Of a stretch of DNA of 64,000 nt, positions 47,470 to 55,963 are shown in pieces. Both the position numbers and the translations under genes were made by a program. The stretch comes from Candidatus Nomurabacteria bacterium. GTDB lineage: Bacteria; Patescibacteriota; Saccharimonadia; Saccharimonadales; CAIOMD01. Positions within the stretch are counted from its first letter, which is position 1, and every line of letters starts with the position of its first letter. The notes beneath the pieces are model-generated. The model was not told where the DNA came from. It saw only the letters and a list, made by a program, of their open reading frames with translations, and did no database searches. The stretch is taken from the NCBI GenBank assembly GCA_020631975.1, contig JACKGO010000003.1, forward strand, positions 106,973 to 170,972, read 5' to 3'.

Positions 47470-48990
47470 ATGAGTAGTAATAATGTCAAAATAGGTCATT
47501 TAATCACTAAAATTAGACAAGAGCGTGGCTTAACACAGGCTGAGTTTGCGCGGAGGCTCGGTACGAGCCAATCAGCAGTAAACCGCATAGAACAAGGGAA
47601 GCAAAATCTTAGCCTAGAAACCATTGCCCGAATTAGTACTGCACTTGGTAAAGATATCGTTACCCTTAACCACCCTAAGTCACTTAGTTTTGAAATAAAC
47701 GGTGGCAAAGAGTTACATGGCGAAATTACCATGAAATCGTCTAAGAATGCCACAGTAGCGATATTAGCTGCATCGTTACTTAATAAAGGTACGACATATA
47801 TAGAAAATGCACCACGAATTGAAGAAGTTTTTCGGTTGCTAGAAGTGCTCGAAAGTATTGGTGTTCACGTAAAGTGGATTAAAGGCACTGATTTAGAAAT
47901 TAAACCACCTGCAAAACTTCGTTTAGACAAAATAGACGCCGAAGCTGCTAAAAAAACGCGCAGTATCATTATGTTTATTGGTGCAATAATGCATTACCAT
48001 AATGAATTTGAAATACCGTTTGCTGGTGGATGCCACCTTGGTAAACGCACTATCGCAGCACACCAGTTTGCTCTTGAACAGTTTGGTGTATTTATAGAAA
48101 CACAAAGTGGTAAATATGTTATTAAAGTTGGCAAAAAACAGCCAGAAAACGTCACTATGTACGAAATGGGAGACACTGCGACAGAAAACGCCCTCCTTGC
48201 GGCTGCGATGACTAAAGGCAAAACAACGATACGGTTTGCGGCATCTAACTACATGGTGCAAGATCTATGTTTATTCTTGCAAAAATTAGGGGTAAAAATA
48301 GATGGTATTGGCACTGCTACGCTCACGGTTCACGGTGTTGATAAAATTCAAAAAAGGGTAAAATATCACCCCGCCGAAGACCCACTAGAAGCTATGCTTT
48401 TTATTTCTGTGGCTGCTATAACAAATTCTAAAATTACCATTAAGCGATGTTCGATTGATTTTCTTGAACTAGAACTGCTTAAGCTAGAAAAAATGGGGTT
48501 ACGATTTGATTATTCGGATATTTATTATTCCTATAATGGCCATACCAGGTTGGTAGATATTACTACACATCACCATGATGGTTTAGTAGCACTAGAAGAT
48601 AAAATACATCCGCTGCCGTACCCTGGAATAAATATAGATAATTTACCATTCTTTGTACCAATTGCGACGCTCGCAGATGGCGAAACACTTATACACGACT
48701 GGGTTTTTGAAGACCGCGCGCTGTACTTTACTGAGCTTAATAAATTAGGTGCAAAAGTGCGCTTGTTAGACCCCCACCGCGTAATGATAGATGGGCCTAC
48801 TCATTTTAAGGCTGCAGAGGTTATTTGCCCACCCGCCCTACGGCCTGCAACTATTATTTTAGCTGCCATGCTAGGTGCACCAGGTAAGTCAATTTTGCGT
48901 AATGTATACTCTATTAACCGAGGCTACGAATCACTCGCTGAACGCCTACGTTCTATTGGTGCAGATATAGAAACACTGCACGAGTTATAG
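47470..48990 (+). CDS. murA: XRE-HTH domain fused to UDP-N-acetylglucosamine 1-carboxyvinyltransferase (MurA)
   Basis: Residues 1-65 are IGHLITKIRQERGLTQAEFARRLGTSQSAVNRIEQGKQN (XRE HTH). The remainder is a MurA/EPSP-synthase fold with SKNATVAILAASLL and GGCHLGKRT (catalytic Cys region). Confidence 0.85.
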   Translation: MSSNNVKIGHLITKIRQERGLTQAEFARRLGTSQSAVNRIEQGKQNLSLETIARISTALGKDIVTLNHPKSLSFEINGGKELHGEITMKSSKNATVAILAASLLNKGTTYIENAPRIEEVFRLLEVLESIGVHVKWIKGTDLEIKPPAKLRLDKIDAEAAKKTRSIIMFIGAIMHYHNEFEIPFAGGCHLGKRTIAAHQFALEQFGVFIETQSGKYVIKVGKKQPENVTMYEMGDTATENALLAAAMTKGKTTIRFAASNYMVQDLCLFLQKLGVKIDGIGTATLTVHGVDKIQKRVKYHPAEDPLEAMLFISVAAITNSKITIKRCSIDFLELELLKLEKMGLRFDYSDIYYSYNGHTRLVDITTHHHDGLVALEDKIHPLPYPGINIDNLPFFVPIATLADGETLIHDWVFEDRALYFTELNKLGAKVRLLDPHRVMIDGPTHFKAAEVICPPALRPATIILAAMLGAPGKSILRNVYSINRGYESLAERLRSIGADIETLHEL

Positions 48991-49105
48991 TGTACGACTC
49001 ATTGTACTGTAAACTATTCTTTTTAGATTGTTGCAAGGAGAAAACATAATACAGGCTATGGTGTAGTATGTTGTGGTATAATCTTATCTGTTAATAGTTC
49101 TTTTT

Positions 49106-49180
49106 GCGGGATTCGTATAACGGCTAATATATAAGTTTTCCAAACTTAGGACGGGAGTTCGATTCTCCCATCCCGCACCA
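49106..49180 (+). tRNA. tRNA-Gly (anticodon TCC), CCA encoded
   Basis: Acceptor GCGGGAT/ATCCCGC, anticodon stem TAAGT/ACTTA, loop TTTCCAA, T-arm GGGAG-TTCGATT-CTCCC. 75 nt. Confidence 0.92.
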
Positions 49181-49201
49181 CATAGGAATAAACCCAAGCA
49201 C

Positions 49202-49277
49202 GCCCCGGTAGCTCAGTGGATAGAGCAAGTGGGTTCTAACCATTAGGTCGGGGGTTCGAATCCCTCCCGGGGTGCCA
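49202..49277 (+). tRNA. tRNA-Arg (anticodon TCT), CCA encoded
   Basis: Acceptor GCCCCGG/CCGGGGT, anticodon stem AGTGG/CCATT, loop GTTCTAA, T-arm GGGGG-TTCGAAT-CCCTC. 76 nt. Confidence 0.9.
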
Positions 49278-49282
49278 AGCAT

Positions 49283-49307
49283 AAGCGTTATCGAAAGATA
49301 GCGTTTT
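49283..49307. terminator. Stem-loop terminator shared by tRNA-Arg and the convergent NUDIX gene
   Basis: AAGCGTTATC-GAAA-GATAGCGTTT followed by a T-run. A near-copy lies at 51165-51191. Confidence 0.65.
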
Positions 49308-49312
49308 ATATA

Positions 49313-49780
49313 TTATTTTACAATGCCTTTATCAAGAGCCACTTGATAAGATTTCCAAAACTGAGAATGTAGTGGGCTGGGTAGCGTTTTACTAGTGAAC
49401 CAACCGATTTCTTCAATCTTGTCAGGTTCACCAATCTTGACTTTGTCTGGGTCAACTTGTACCGCATGCATTATAGCAACCCAGTGTGTTTTTATTGATT
49501 TATTTACTCTAAATGCATCGTAAACTGTCAGAAAGTCAATCGACATCGGTATTACACAAAGCTCTTCGAAAATTTCTCTGCTTACAGCTTCTGAGATTGA
49601 TTCACCAAATTCTATAGCGCCCCCACCAACATCCCATTTACCATTTTCATCTCGGGCTCGTTGGCCTCGTTTTTGCAACAACACTCTACCTTGACCGTCG
49701 TGCACTACAAAACTAGCCGAAATGCCGATATAGTCAACACCTCTTTTTATATCGTTTATATCATCTATTGAACAGTTCAT
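49313..49780 (-). CDS. NUDIX hydrolase
   Basis: Nudix box GGGAIEFGESISEAVSREIFEELC. Confidence 0.88.
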   Translation of the reverse strand: MNCSIDDINDIKRGVDYIGISASFVVHDGQGRVLLQKRGQRARDENGKWDVGGGAIEFGESISEAVSREIFEELCVIPMSIDFLTVYDAFRVNKSIKTHWVAIMHAVQVDPDKVKIGEPDKIEEIGWFTSKTLPSPLHSQFWKSYQVALDKGIVK

Positions 49781-49861
49781 TTGTAATATTATAACTAATA
49801 TATAGCCATACTTTGCATAAAGGTTTGTATAATTTAATTATTTTAATGATATTATTACTTA

Positions 49862-50658
49862 ATGAAAAGATTCGAAGCATTACTATCTGATGCTGATGGT
49901 ACATTAATCGACAGTGTTCCTCTTATTAAGCATGGGCAATACGAAACAGCTATTACTTTCTTAAAAGCACACGGCTTAGCTGATAGCGATTTACCGGATT
50001 TTCCAACATACGAAACGGCTCTAAATCAAACCGTTGGGGGTAGCGCTAGAGATACGCTGGAACGGACAGTCAGAATGCTTTATTCGGACAGAGAGCATCA
50101 TATAAATGGAGCTGATTTTGATGTTTTACATAATATGCTAAACCCTGTGCAAGATAGGATTGCACCGGGTATATAAGAGCATATCCTGGCCTACAGTTAC
50201 TTCTAAAGAATCTCGGTACACACAGTTTAAAACTTGCAATTTTTACAAGCGGAACACCGCATCATGTAGTAAGAAATATGGGTATAGCTCTGCCAGAACT
50301 TGGGCTTACCAAACTATTTAAAGATGAAACTATATCTGACCGTGAAAAACTAGTACATTTTGAAAAAGAAGTAGAAAAATATTATAGAATTCCTATTTTT
50401 ACTGTTGTAACTATAGAAGATACAAAAGAACCTAAACCAGATCCAGAAGGCTTGCAGATAGCTATGAAAAGATTGAGCGTAGAGCCAAATGATTGTGCCA
50501 TGCTTGGTGATCATAAGGCCGATATGCAAGCAGGATTTAATGCAACTGTGCCAATTAGGATTGGTATAACTCATGGCTTTGACGATAAAGAAACACTGGA
50601 AGAAGCTAAAGCTACTGAGATAGTTACTAACCTTAGCGACATAAAGTTAGAGTCCTAA
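49862..50658 (+). pseudogene. HAD-superfamily hydrolase interrupted by a frameshift
   Basis: ORF 49862-50176 carries motif I (DADGTLIDS). The frame of ORF 50278-50658 extends upstream as AYPGLQLLLKNLGTHSLKLAIFTSGT (motif II) and carries GDHKADMQAG (motif IV). The frames switch near 50165-50185. Confidence 0.7.
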
Positions 50659-50752
50659 CTTTGTATACGACAGTGTGCCATATTAAATCATTCACCTTCA
50701 TGGTGGATTTTTTAATATGACGTCGCTGAAAGCGAATTGAACCCCCCAAGGA

Positions 50753-50843
50753 GGGTTCAGATAATTTGAGTAGTTTACGAAAATTATATGATGAAACCGA
50801 ATTTGCCATTCCATAAATAAAGGCAAATCTGGCTTGAAGCTAT
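50753..50843 (+). other. Junction module preceding the duplicated tRNA-Arg 3' end
   Basis: GGGTTCAGATAAT (50753-50765) plus the hairpin ATAATTT...AAATTAT, then the hairpin TTTGCC...GGCAAA. It parallels 13181-13234. Confidence 0.45.
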
Positions 50844-50863
50844 AATCCCTCCCGGGGTGCCAA
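50844..50863 (+). repeat. Perfect copy of the tRNA-Arg(TCT) 3' end (T-loop A58 to CCA plus 1 nt); att-type direct repeat
   Basis: AATCCCTCCCGGGGTGCCAA is identical to 49259-49278. Confidence 0.9.
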
Positions 50864-50898
50864 TTTATGAAACTACCTTTTATGGTAGTTTTTTAAAT

Positions 50899-51164
50899 TG
50901 ATTCCGAGATAATTCGTACACTCGACCGTTGGTCGGGTGAAAACTGCCTGTGGCAGTTTGCAAGGCCGGAAACTGATTTAAAGCTATGCTTTAAGTAAGT
51001 TGAGGCGGGGTCGCAACCGATTGGCAGCTTGCTGTCAGTAGGATTGTGCCGAGAATTGCCGGTGGCAATTCGCAAGGAAACAAACACTTGAAAACTATGT
51101 TTTCAAAGCTGTTTTTTCGGGCTCGCCGGAAGTGAGTCGAAATTCCTGCCGGGTTACAAAGCAT
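50899..51164 (+). other. Hairpin-rich non-coding segment (family member C5) ending in a decayed tRNA-Arg 3' end
   Basis: Perfect 7-8 bp hairpins with 3-nt loops at 50941-50959, 50978-50994, 51053-51071 and 51088-51106. The unit hairpin-YGCAAGG-AAAC occurs twice. TTGAAAAC-TAT-GTTTTCAA and GGGCTCGCCGGAAGTGAGTCGA are shared with 12899-12998. GTCGAAATTCCTGCCGGGTTACA aligns to GTTCGAATCCCTCCCGGGGTGCCA. Confidence 0.6.
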
Positions 51165-51191
51165 AAGCGTTATCGTAAGATAACGTTTTTT
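51165..51191 (+). terminator. Terminator stem-loop, paralogue of 49283-49307
   Basis: AAGCGTTATC-GTAA-GATAACGTTT followed by T-run. One G-to-A change converts a wobble pair into a Watson-Crick pair. Confidence 0.6.
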
Positions 51192-51210
51192 ATTTGGTAT
51201 AATTAATTTC

Positions 51211-51972
51211 ATGGCTCAAAAACAACCTACTGAAGAAGCTGAATCATACACCAAGATGACGGCAGATGTTTATGATGCTATTTATAGCAGAAAAAACTAT
51301 AAAGCAGAGGCTGAAGCATTAAAAGACCTTATCGATAAATATAAAAAATCTGCTGGTAATGAATTGCTTGATGTGGCTTGCGGAACTGGGCTGCACTTGC
51401 CATATTTAGTATCTGACTTTGACATAACGGGAGTAGATTTATCTAGTGAGCAACTTAAGGCGGCAAAGAATAGATTACCAGAATTACAATTTATCCAAGG
51501 CGATATGCGTGAATTTGAACTTGGTAGACAATATGACGTAGTTACTTGTCTTTTTAGTTCTATTGGGTACGTACACCCATACGAAGAGCTCGTTACAGCT
51601 ATTGGTAATATGAGTAACCACGTAAAACCTGGGGGAGTATTAATCATTGAGCCATGGCTACAACCCGGCGTGTTTGATCCAAACAAACCACCACACACAG
51701 AAACTGGCGAGTTACCAGAAAAAGGGGTTAAGGTTACCAGGACCGGCACAAATAGTCTAGAAGGTAACATTTCTATCCTTAATTTGTATAATGTGGTGGA
51801 AAGTCCTAGTGGTACATATGAATTTACAGAAGAACATAGATTAGCAATGTACAGTGTTGACGAGCTTGCACAAGCATTCCAAGAAGCAGGCCTAAATATG
51901 ACTTGGCTAGACCAAGGTTTATCATCTAGGGGTCTTTGTGTAGGTGTAAAAGCAATAGATGATATTGCCTAA
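51211..51972 (+). CDS. Class I SAM-dependent methyltransferase
   Basis: LLDVACGTGLH (motif I). TGGTATAAT at 51195-51203 lies only 7 nt from the ATG. Confidence 0.85.
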   Translation: MAQKQPTEEAESYTKMTADVYDAIYSRKNYKAEAEALKDLIDKYKKSAGNELLDVACGTGLHLPYLVSDFDITGVDLSSEQLKAAKNRLPELQFIQGDMREFELGRQYDVVTCLFSSIGYVHPYEELVTAIGNMSNHVKPGGVLIIEPWLQPGVFDPNKPPHTETGELPEKGVKVTRTGTNSLEGNISILNLYNVVESPSGTYEFTEEHRLAMYSVDELAQAFQEAGLNMTWLDQGLSSRGLCVGVKAIDDIA

Positions 51973-52131
51973 ACATAATATTATTACGAAGACTATACAG
52001 CGTATACGCTAGGGTACCATACAACACGAGCCTAATTGTCGTGGTTATGGTTATAGGTAATTCTACTATTTTTAAAGAATATGCAGTTTCCTTGAATAAA
52101 CCCCAGTAAAACGATATAATAAGGCAGCTTT

Positions 52132-52209
52132 GGCGGATGTAGCTCAGTTGGTTAGAGCGCCTGTTTGTGGCACAGGAGGCCGTGGGTTCAATTCCCATCA
52201 TTCGCCCCA
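52132..52209 (+). tRNA. tRNA-His (anticodon GTG) with encoded G-1, CCA encoded
   Basis: G-1 plus acceptor GCGGATG/CATTCGC, discriminator C73, anticodon stem CCTGT/ACAGG, loop TTGTGGC, T-arm GTGGG-TTCAATT-CCCAT. Confidence 0.9.
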
Positions 52210-52344
52210 AGACATGAACCCCGCTATCACGAGGTTTTATTATTCGGCTCCTGCTGAGATTCCCATATAGCTTCACGCCAAGAAAAAAGATATTAACCAA
52301 GGAGTTTTCTTGGGTTCTATATATATTCTCACTAATGTTCGAAT

Positions 52345-52360
52345 ATCATTCGCCCCAAGA
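52345..52360 (+). repeat. Copy of the tRNA-His 3' end plus 3 downstream nt
   Basis: ATCATTCGCCCCAAGA is identical to 52197-52212. It is preceded by a T-loop-like GTTCGAAT and followed by its own terminator (ATCCCG-TTTTGA-CGGGAT-TTTT). Confidence 0.8.
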
Positions 52361-52386
52361 TACTGAATCCCGTTTTGACGGGATTT

Positions 52387-53064
52387 TTATATTATAAGTT
52401 GTATTGTTGGTAATATAGCAAATAACCCTGCGACAATTGGCACTAAAATATTATCGCTCCCTTTTGGTGAAACGAGTTCTGTTGCTGCTACGAATATCGC
52501 TGAACTTAGGCTAATTGCTACAGCATTGGTGATAGAATTTTCAAATACTGGCACGCTCGCAAATACCAACCAGTAGCCAAGGTATATAACAAAGGAAGTC
52601 GCTATAAATACAAGTGTACCTGCAATACTCTTTGTTTGTTTATAAATACGAAATTTTTTTGCATTGTTGCCCATCCCTACACCAACTACTGCTGCTAAAC
52701 CATCCGCCATACCCATGTGAAGCACAGCAATTGCATAGATAGCCGGGTTTACAAACAAGATTGCCGATACTCCAATACCTAACGGAAACCAGATTTCCCC
52801 GTATGTGATACGCTTTACAGATTTAAACGAATGTAAGAATGTATATTTTTGAGCGAATACAACCACAGCGACTAAAATAAGGCTAATAAGTGCAATTGTG
52901 GATTGCGATAAATAAAATGCCCATGTTGCTGCGTACAAAGCAACCGAAATATGCAGTAGCTTCCTGGCGTTTTCGCCCTTTATTTTAAAGGTTCTTATAA
53001 CTAATTCGCATAGCAGTATAATTAAAATTCCTACAATACCAGTAGCGATAAAAGGTAAAAACAT
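52387..53064 (-). CDS. Multi-pass membrane protein, possibly of the polyprenol/phytol kinase-CTP transferase family
   Basis: 225 aa with about 6 TM segments and an RKLLHISVA motif. The family call is weak. Confidence 0.45.
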   Translation of the reverse strand: MFLPFIATGIVGILIILLCELVIRTFKIKGENARKLLHISVALYAATWAFYLSQSTIALISLILVAVVVFAQKYTFLHSFKSVKRITYGEIWFPLGIGVSAILFVNPAIYAIAVLHMGMADGLAAVVGVGMGNNAKKFRIYKQTKSIAGTLVFIATSFVIYLGYWLVFASVPVFENSITNAVAISLSSAIFVAATELVSPKGSDNILVPIVAGLFAILPTIQLII

Positions 53065-53104
53065 ACTTTAGTATTATATGTGAAAATGTATTTTTTTGTT
53101 CTAT

Positions 53105-55471
53105 TTAGACGGATTGCAACTGCTGGGCAGACAAGGTAATAGTGCTTCCGTGCTGAACCTGACGCTCTAGTAAGATGTTAGATACAGCTGTCTCGACCGT
53201 TTTTTGCATCATACGTCGCAGTGGTCTTGCCCCTAAACGCTCATCGTAACCTTGTGCGATTAACCATGCAACGGCCGAATCGTCTAATGCTACCGTAATA
53301 CCTTGGGCTGCAAGTGTATTATTGATATTGCGCAATTGAATGGTAATAATGTGCTTAAGCTGATCCTGTGAGAGGGGCGAAAATATAATTACCCCATCAA
53401 AACGGTTAATAAATTCGGGGGCAAATGTACCCTTGTCTATGAGCGTATCTACAAGTGTGTCTTGTAGCTGTGCAATAGGCAGTTGGTTTTTCAGCTGATC
53501 TCTTATCTGTTCGGCTCCGGCATTAGACGTGGCAATGACTATCGCATCTTTAAACGAGACTGTTCTGTTGTCTGCATCTTTTATTTCTCCTTCGTCTAAT
53601 AGCTGCAGTAGTGCATTCACAATATCTGGGTGCGCTTTTTCAATTTCATCGAATAATACGACACTAAAGGGTTGGCGCCGAACTGTTTCTAAAAAGGCCG
53701 ACCCAAAACCACTCTCAGACGAAAGAAGTTTATGAATACTATCTTGGGTAATGTATTCGTTCATATCTACCCTTACAAACCCACTGCTACCACCAAAATA
53801 TACATCTGCAAGAGATTTGCTAAGCTCTGTTTTACCTACTCCAGTTGGTCCAAGGAACAAAAACGTACCAATAGGCCTATTTGGGTTTGCAATGCCCGTA
53901 CGGCTCCTCTTGAGCGCTGACACAAGCTCTTTAATAGCTACATCTTGCCCGACAACGCGTTTTTTTAAGTCTTCTTCTAGGTTCAGTAGTGCGTTTTTAT
54001 CATCAGCATCTGCAGTGGCAATTTTTATACCGGTGGTTTGTTCTACTGTTTTTTGAACATCTGTTTTTTGAATAAGACTATCTTGGCACGAACGAGCTAC
54101 ATCTTCCATAACACTAATTGCACGGCCAGGCATAGCAATTTCTGGGCCATATCGATTTGCCAGTAGATAGACTTCTTTTAACGCCCTGTACGTAAAGGTA
54201 CAATTATATTGAGATTCAGTAAATAACGCTTGGTTTTCTAGTATGCGGAGTGTGTCTTGTTCGTTGGTGGGTGTCACTACTTGGTAATTAAGCAATGCTG
54301 CAATTTGTGACTTGGCTTTTTGTATATATTGCCAGTCTAACTGTGAAAACGAAAATATCATTCTTACTCTACCTGCTTCTATGATTGGGAGAATAATATT
54401 AGTAGCATCAGCAACGGAACCACCTGCACCAAAGAACGCACCGGCGTTATCAAAATAAAGTACAATGTTTTTAGCGTGATATGCTTCTGCGCAAAGTCTG
54501 CGAATAGTATATTCGAGCCGATCTGGGCTAACACGCGTAAGTAATGACGCAATGTCAATTTGATAAACCTGGTTATACGCTATCTTTGCTTTTTTATTAT
54601 CAAACAATAATGATTCTGCAAAAGCCTGAATAATCGTGCTCTTGCCTACCCCCACAGCACCCACTAACGCGATATTAGCGCGCCCATTACTTGTAAATAT
54701 CGCTTTCATCTGAGAAACAACATTTGTATGACCAATGATCTCTCTGTGTGATATGCCTCCGTACTGAATAGAGCGCGAAATATTTACCGCGTAGCTATCT
54801 AGCAGTGGTGTATAGCCAGCAGCCCAATCTCTGGCGATACCGCCTTGGTTTTTTCTTTGTTTAATTGATGCGATAAGCGATTGCACGTACGCTTGCCAAT
54901 GCAAGCCATCAATAATGTCTTCTTCTGTATTTTGTGTATGAGATAAAATGAGTGATTTATCTGGACTACAAAGGATAATTGCTGCGAGCATATGTGCAGC
55001 ATTTACGCCGTGTGTAGAACCACTATTTCTGTATACATCAATTGCAGTCTGCAGCCAGTTTTCTGCTGGTTTTATTGTTTGTATAATATCTGGGTATAAC
55101 AGGTAACGGTTGGTCAAAAACCAGTATTCTTGAGTTTTTTTCAGTGCACTAACAAGCGTATCTATTGTATCTACTTGACTCGGCAGCACAGCTAGTAGGC
55201 TACTATCTATGATGTCTTCTGGAGCTTCTTGCGTCGTCGGTGGCAGCACAAGTAAATCATGCCGATACCATTCGTGCAACATTAATAAAACAACTGGCAC
55301 AATTGACACAAGCCATCCTACTGAAAAACCCAGCACTACTAGTGCAATACTGGCAATCAATGCAACAGCAGCAATCAGTCCTAATGTTGTTCTTAGCGTA
55401 GAGCTGTCAAATAGTCTTTTATATTTAGCCTTAATGACACGCGGGTGATTTTTGTTAATGACTAGAATCAT
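53105..55471 (-). CDS. Membrane-anchored two-ring Clp/Hsp100-like AAA+ ATPase
   Basis: Two N-terminal TM helices. D1 has the Walker A GAVGVGKST but Walker B VLYFDNAG, which lacks the acidic pair. D2 has GPTGVGKTE, VLFDEIEKAH and GARPLRR. The start was set at the ATG at 55471, which forms an ATGA overlap with the upstream gene stop. Confidence 0.8.
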   Translation of the reverse strand: MILVINKNHPRVIKAKYKRLFDSSTLRTTLGLIAAVALIASIALVVLGFSVGWLVSIVPVVLLMLHEWYRHDLLVLPPTTQEAPEDIIDSSLLAVLPSQVDTIDTLVSALKKTQEYWFLTNRYLLYPDIIQTIKPAENWLQTAIDVYRNSGSTHGVNAAHMLAAIILCSPDKSLILSHTQNTEEDIIDGLHWQAYVQSLIASIKQRKNQGGIARDWAAGYTPLLDSYAVNISRSIQYGGISHREIIGHTNVVSQMKAIFTSNGRANIALVGAVGVGKSTIIQAFAESLLFDNKKAKIAYNQVYQIDIASLLTRVSPDRLEYTIRRLCAEAYHAKNIVLYFDNAGAFFGAGGSVADATNIILPIIEAGRVRMIFSFSQLDWQYIQKAKSQIAALLNYQVVTPTNEQDTLRILENQALFTESQYNCTFTYRALKEVYLLANRYGPEIAMPGRAISVMEDVARSCQDSLIQKTDVQKTVEQTTGIKIATADADDKNALLNLEEDLKKRVVGQDVAIKELVSALKRSRTGIANPNRPIGTFLFLGPTGVGKTELSKSLADVYFGGSSGFVRVDMNEYITQDSIHKLLSSESGFGSAFLETVRRQPFSVVLFDEIEKAHPDIVNALLQLLDEGEIKDADNRTVSFKDAIVIATSNAGAEQIRDQLKNQLPIAQLQDTLVDTLIDKGTFAPEFINRFDGVIIFSPLSQDQLKHIITIQLRNINNTLAAQGITVALDDSAVAWLIAQGYDERLGARPLRRMMQKTVETAVSNILLERQVQHGSTITLSAQQLQSV

Positions 55472-55836
55472 GTTATTCCCGCCAAGACCATAAAAACAAT
55501 TGGTAATACGGGGATAATAGGCCACATTAATGCTAATACTACCCCAAGTACAAACGTCAGTATTAGTACTATAAGACCAATCGCAAGTACGGCACTTCTA
55601 ATAATAAAACCAAAAAAACGCGCAAAAAGATTATCTAAGAGTACATGTATTTTAGTATCTAGTGAGGCAGATTCTCCGGCGTATAATGTAATTTGCTTCC
55701 AGGGTTCAAAAAGAGTCCGCAACAAAATGCCCATAGATAGTTCCTGTGCAACTATGTTTACTCTTTGTTGTATTGCATAAAATGAGTTTATCCAACCGGC
55801 GCCGTACCACCAGCGAATAAACAATATAAAACCCAT
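55468..55836 (-). CDS. Small membrane protein translationally coupled to the AAA+ ATPase
   Basis: 122 aa with hydrophobic C-terminal helices and an ATGA overlap with the downstream gene. Confidence 0.6.
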   Translation of the reverse strand: MGFILFIRWWYGAGWINSFYAIQQRVNIVAQELSMGILLRTLFEPWKQITLYAGESASLDTKIHVLLDNLFARFFGFIIRSAVLAIGLIVLILTFVLGVVLALMWPIIPVLPIVFMVLAGIT

Positions 55837-55872
55837 ACGCTTATTGTACCAATACTTTGCATTAAATATATA

Positions 55873-55949
55873 TGGTCGGGGTGAGAAGACTTGAACTTCC
55901 GGCCTCAGCGTCCCGAACGCTGCGCGCTAGCCAACTGCGCCACACCCCG
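55873..55949 (-). tRNA. tRNA-Pro (anticodon CGG), CCA encoded
   Basis: Reverse complement: acceptor CGGGGTG/CACCCCG, anticodon stem CAGCG/CGCTG, loop TTCGGGA, T-arm GGAAG-TTCAAGT-CTTCT. 77 nt. Confidence 0.9.
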
Positions 55950-55963
55950 CTATTTGGCTATTC

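Noticed and set aside
50899-51164. tmRNA, RNase P RNA or SRP RNA as an explanation for the hairpin-rich block next to tRNA fragments.
   Set aside because: There is no GGGG...acceptor/T-arm pair ending in ACCA, and no plausible tag reading frame ending in a hydrophobic tail plus stop. The RNase P P4 motifs (GAGGAAAGTCC...) and the SRP domain IV motif are also absent.
50893-51212. Minus-strand ORFs of 64 and 73 aa inside the hairpin-rich block.
   Set aside because: They overlap each other and the perfect hairpins. They have no RBS and no coding-like composition.
51926-52300. A 124-aa minus ORF crosses tRNA-His, and the 63-aa ORF at 56149-56340 crosses tRNA-Pro.
   Set aside because: They overlap confidently folded tRNA genes on the opposite strand.
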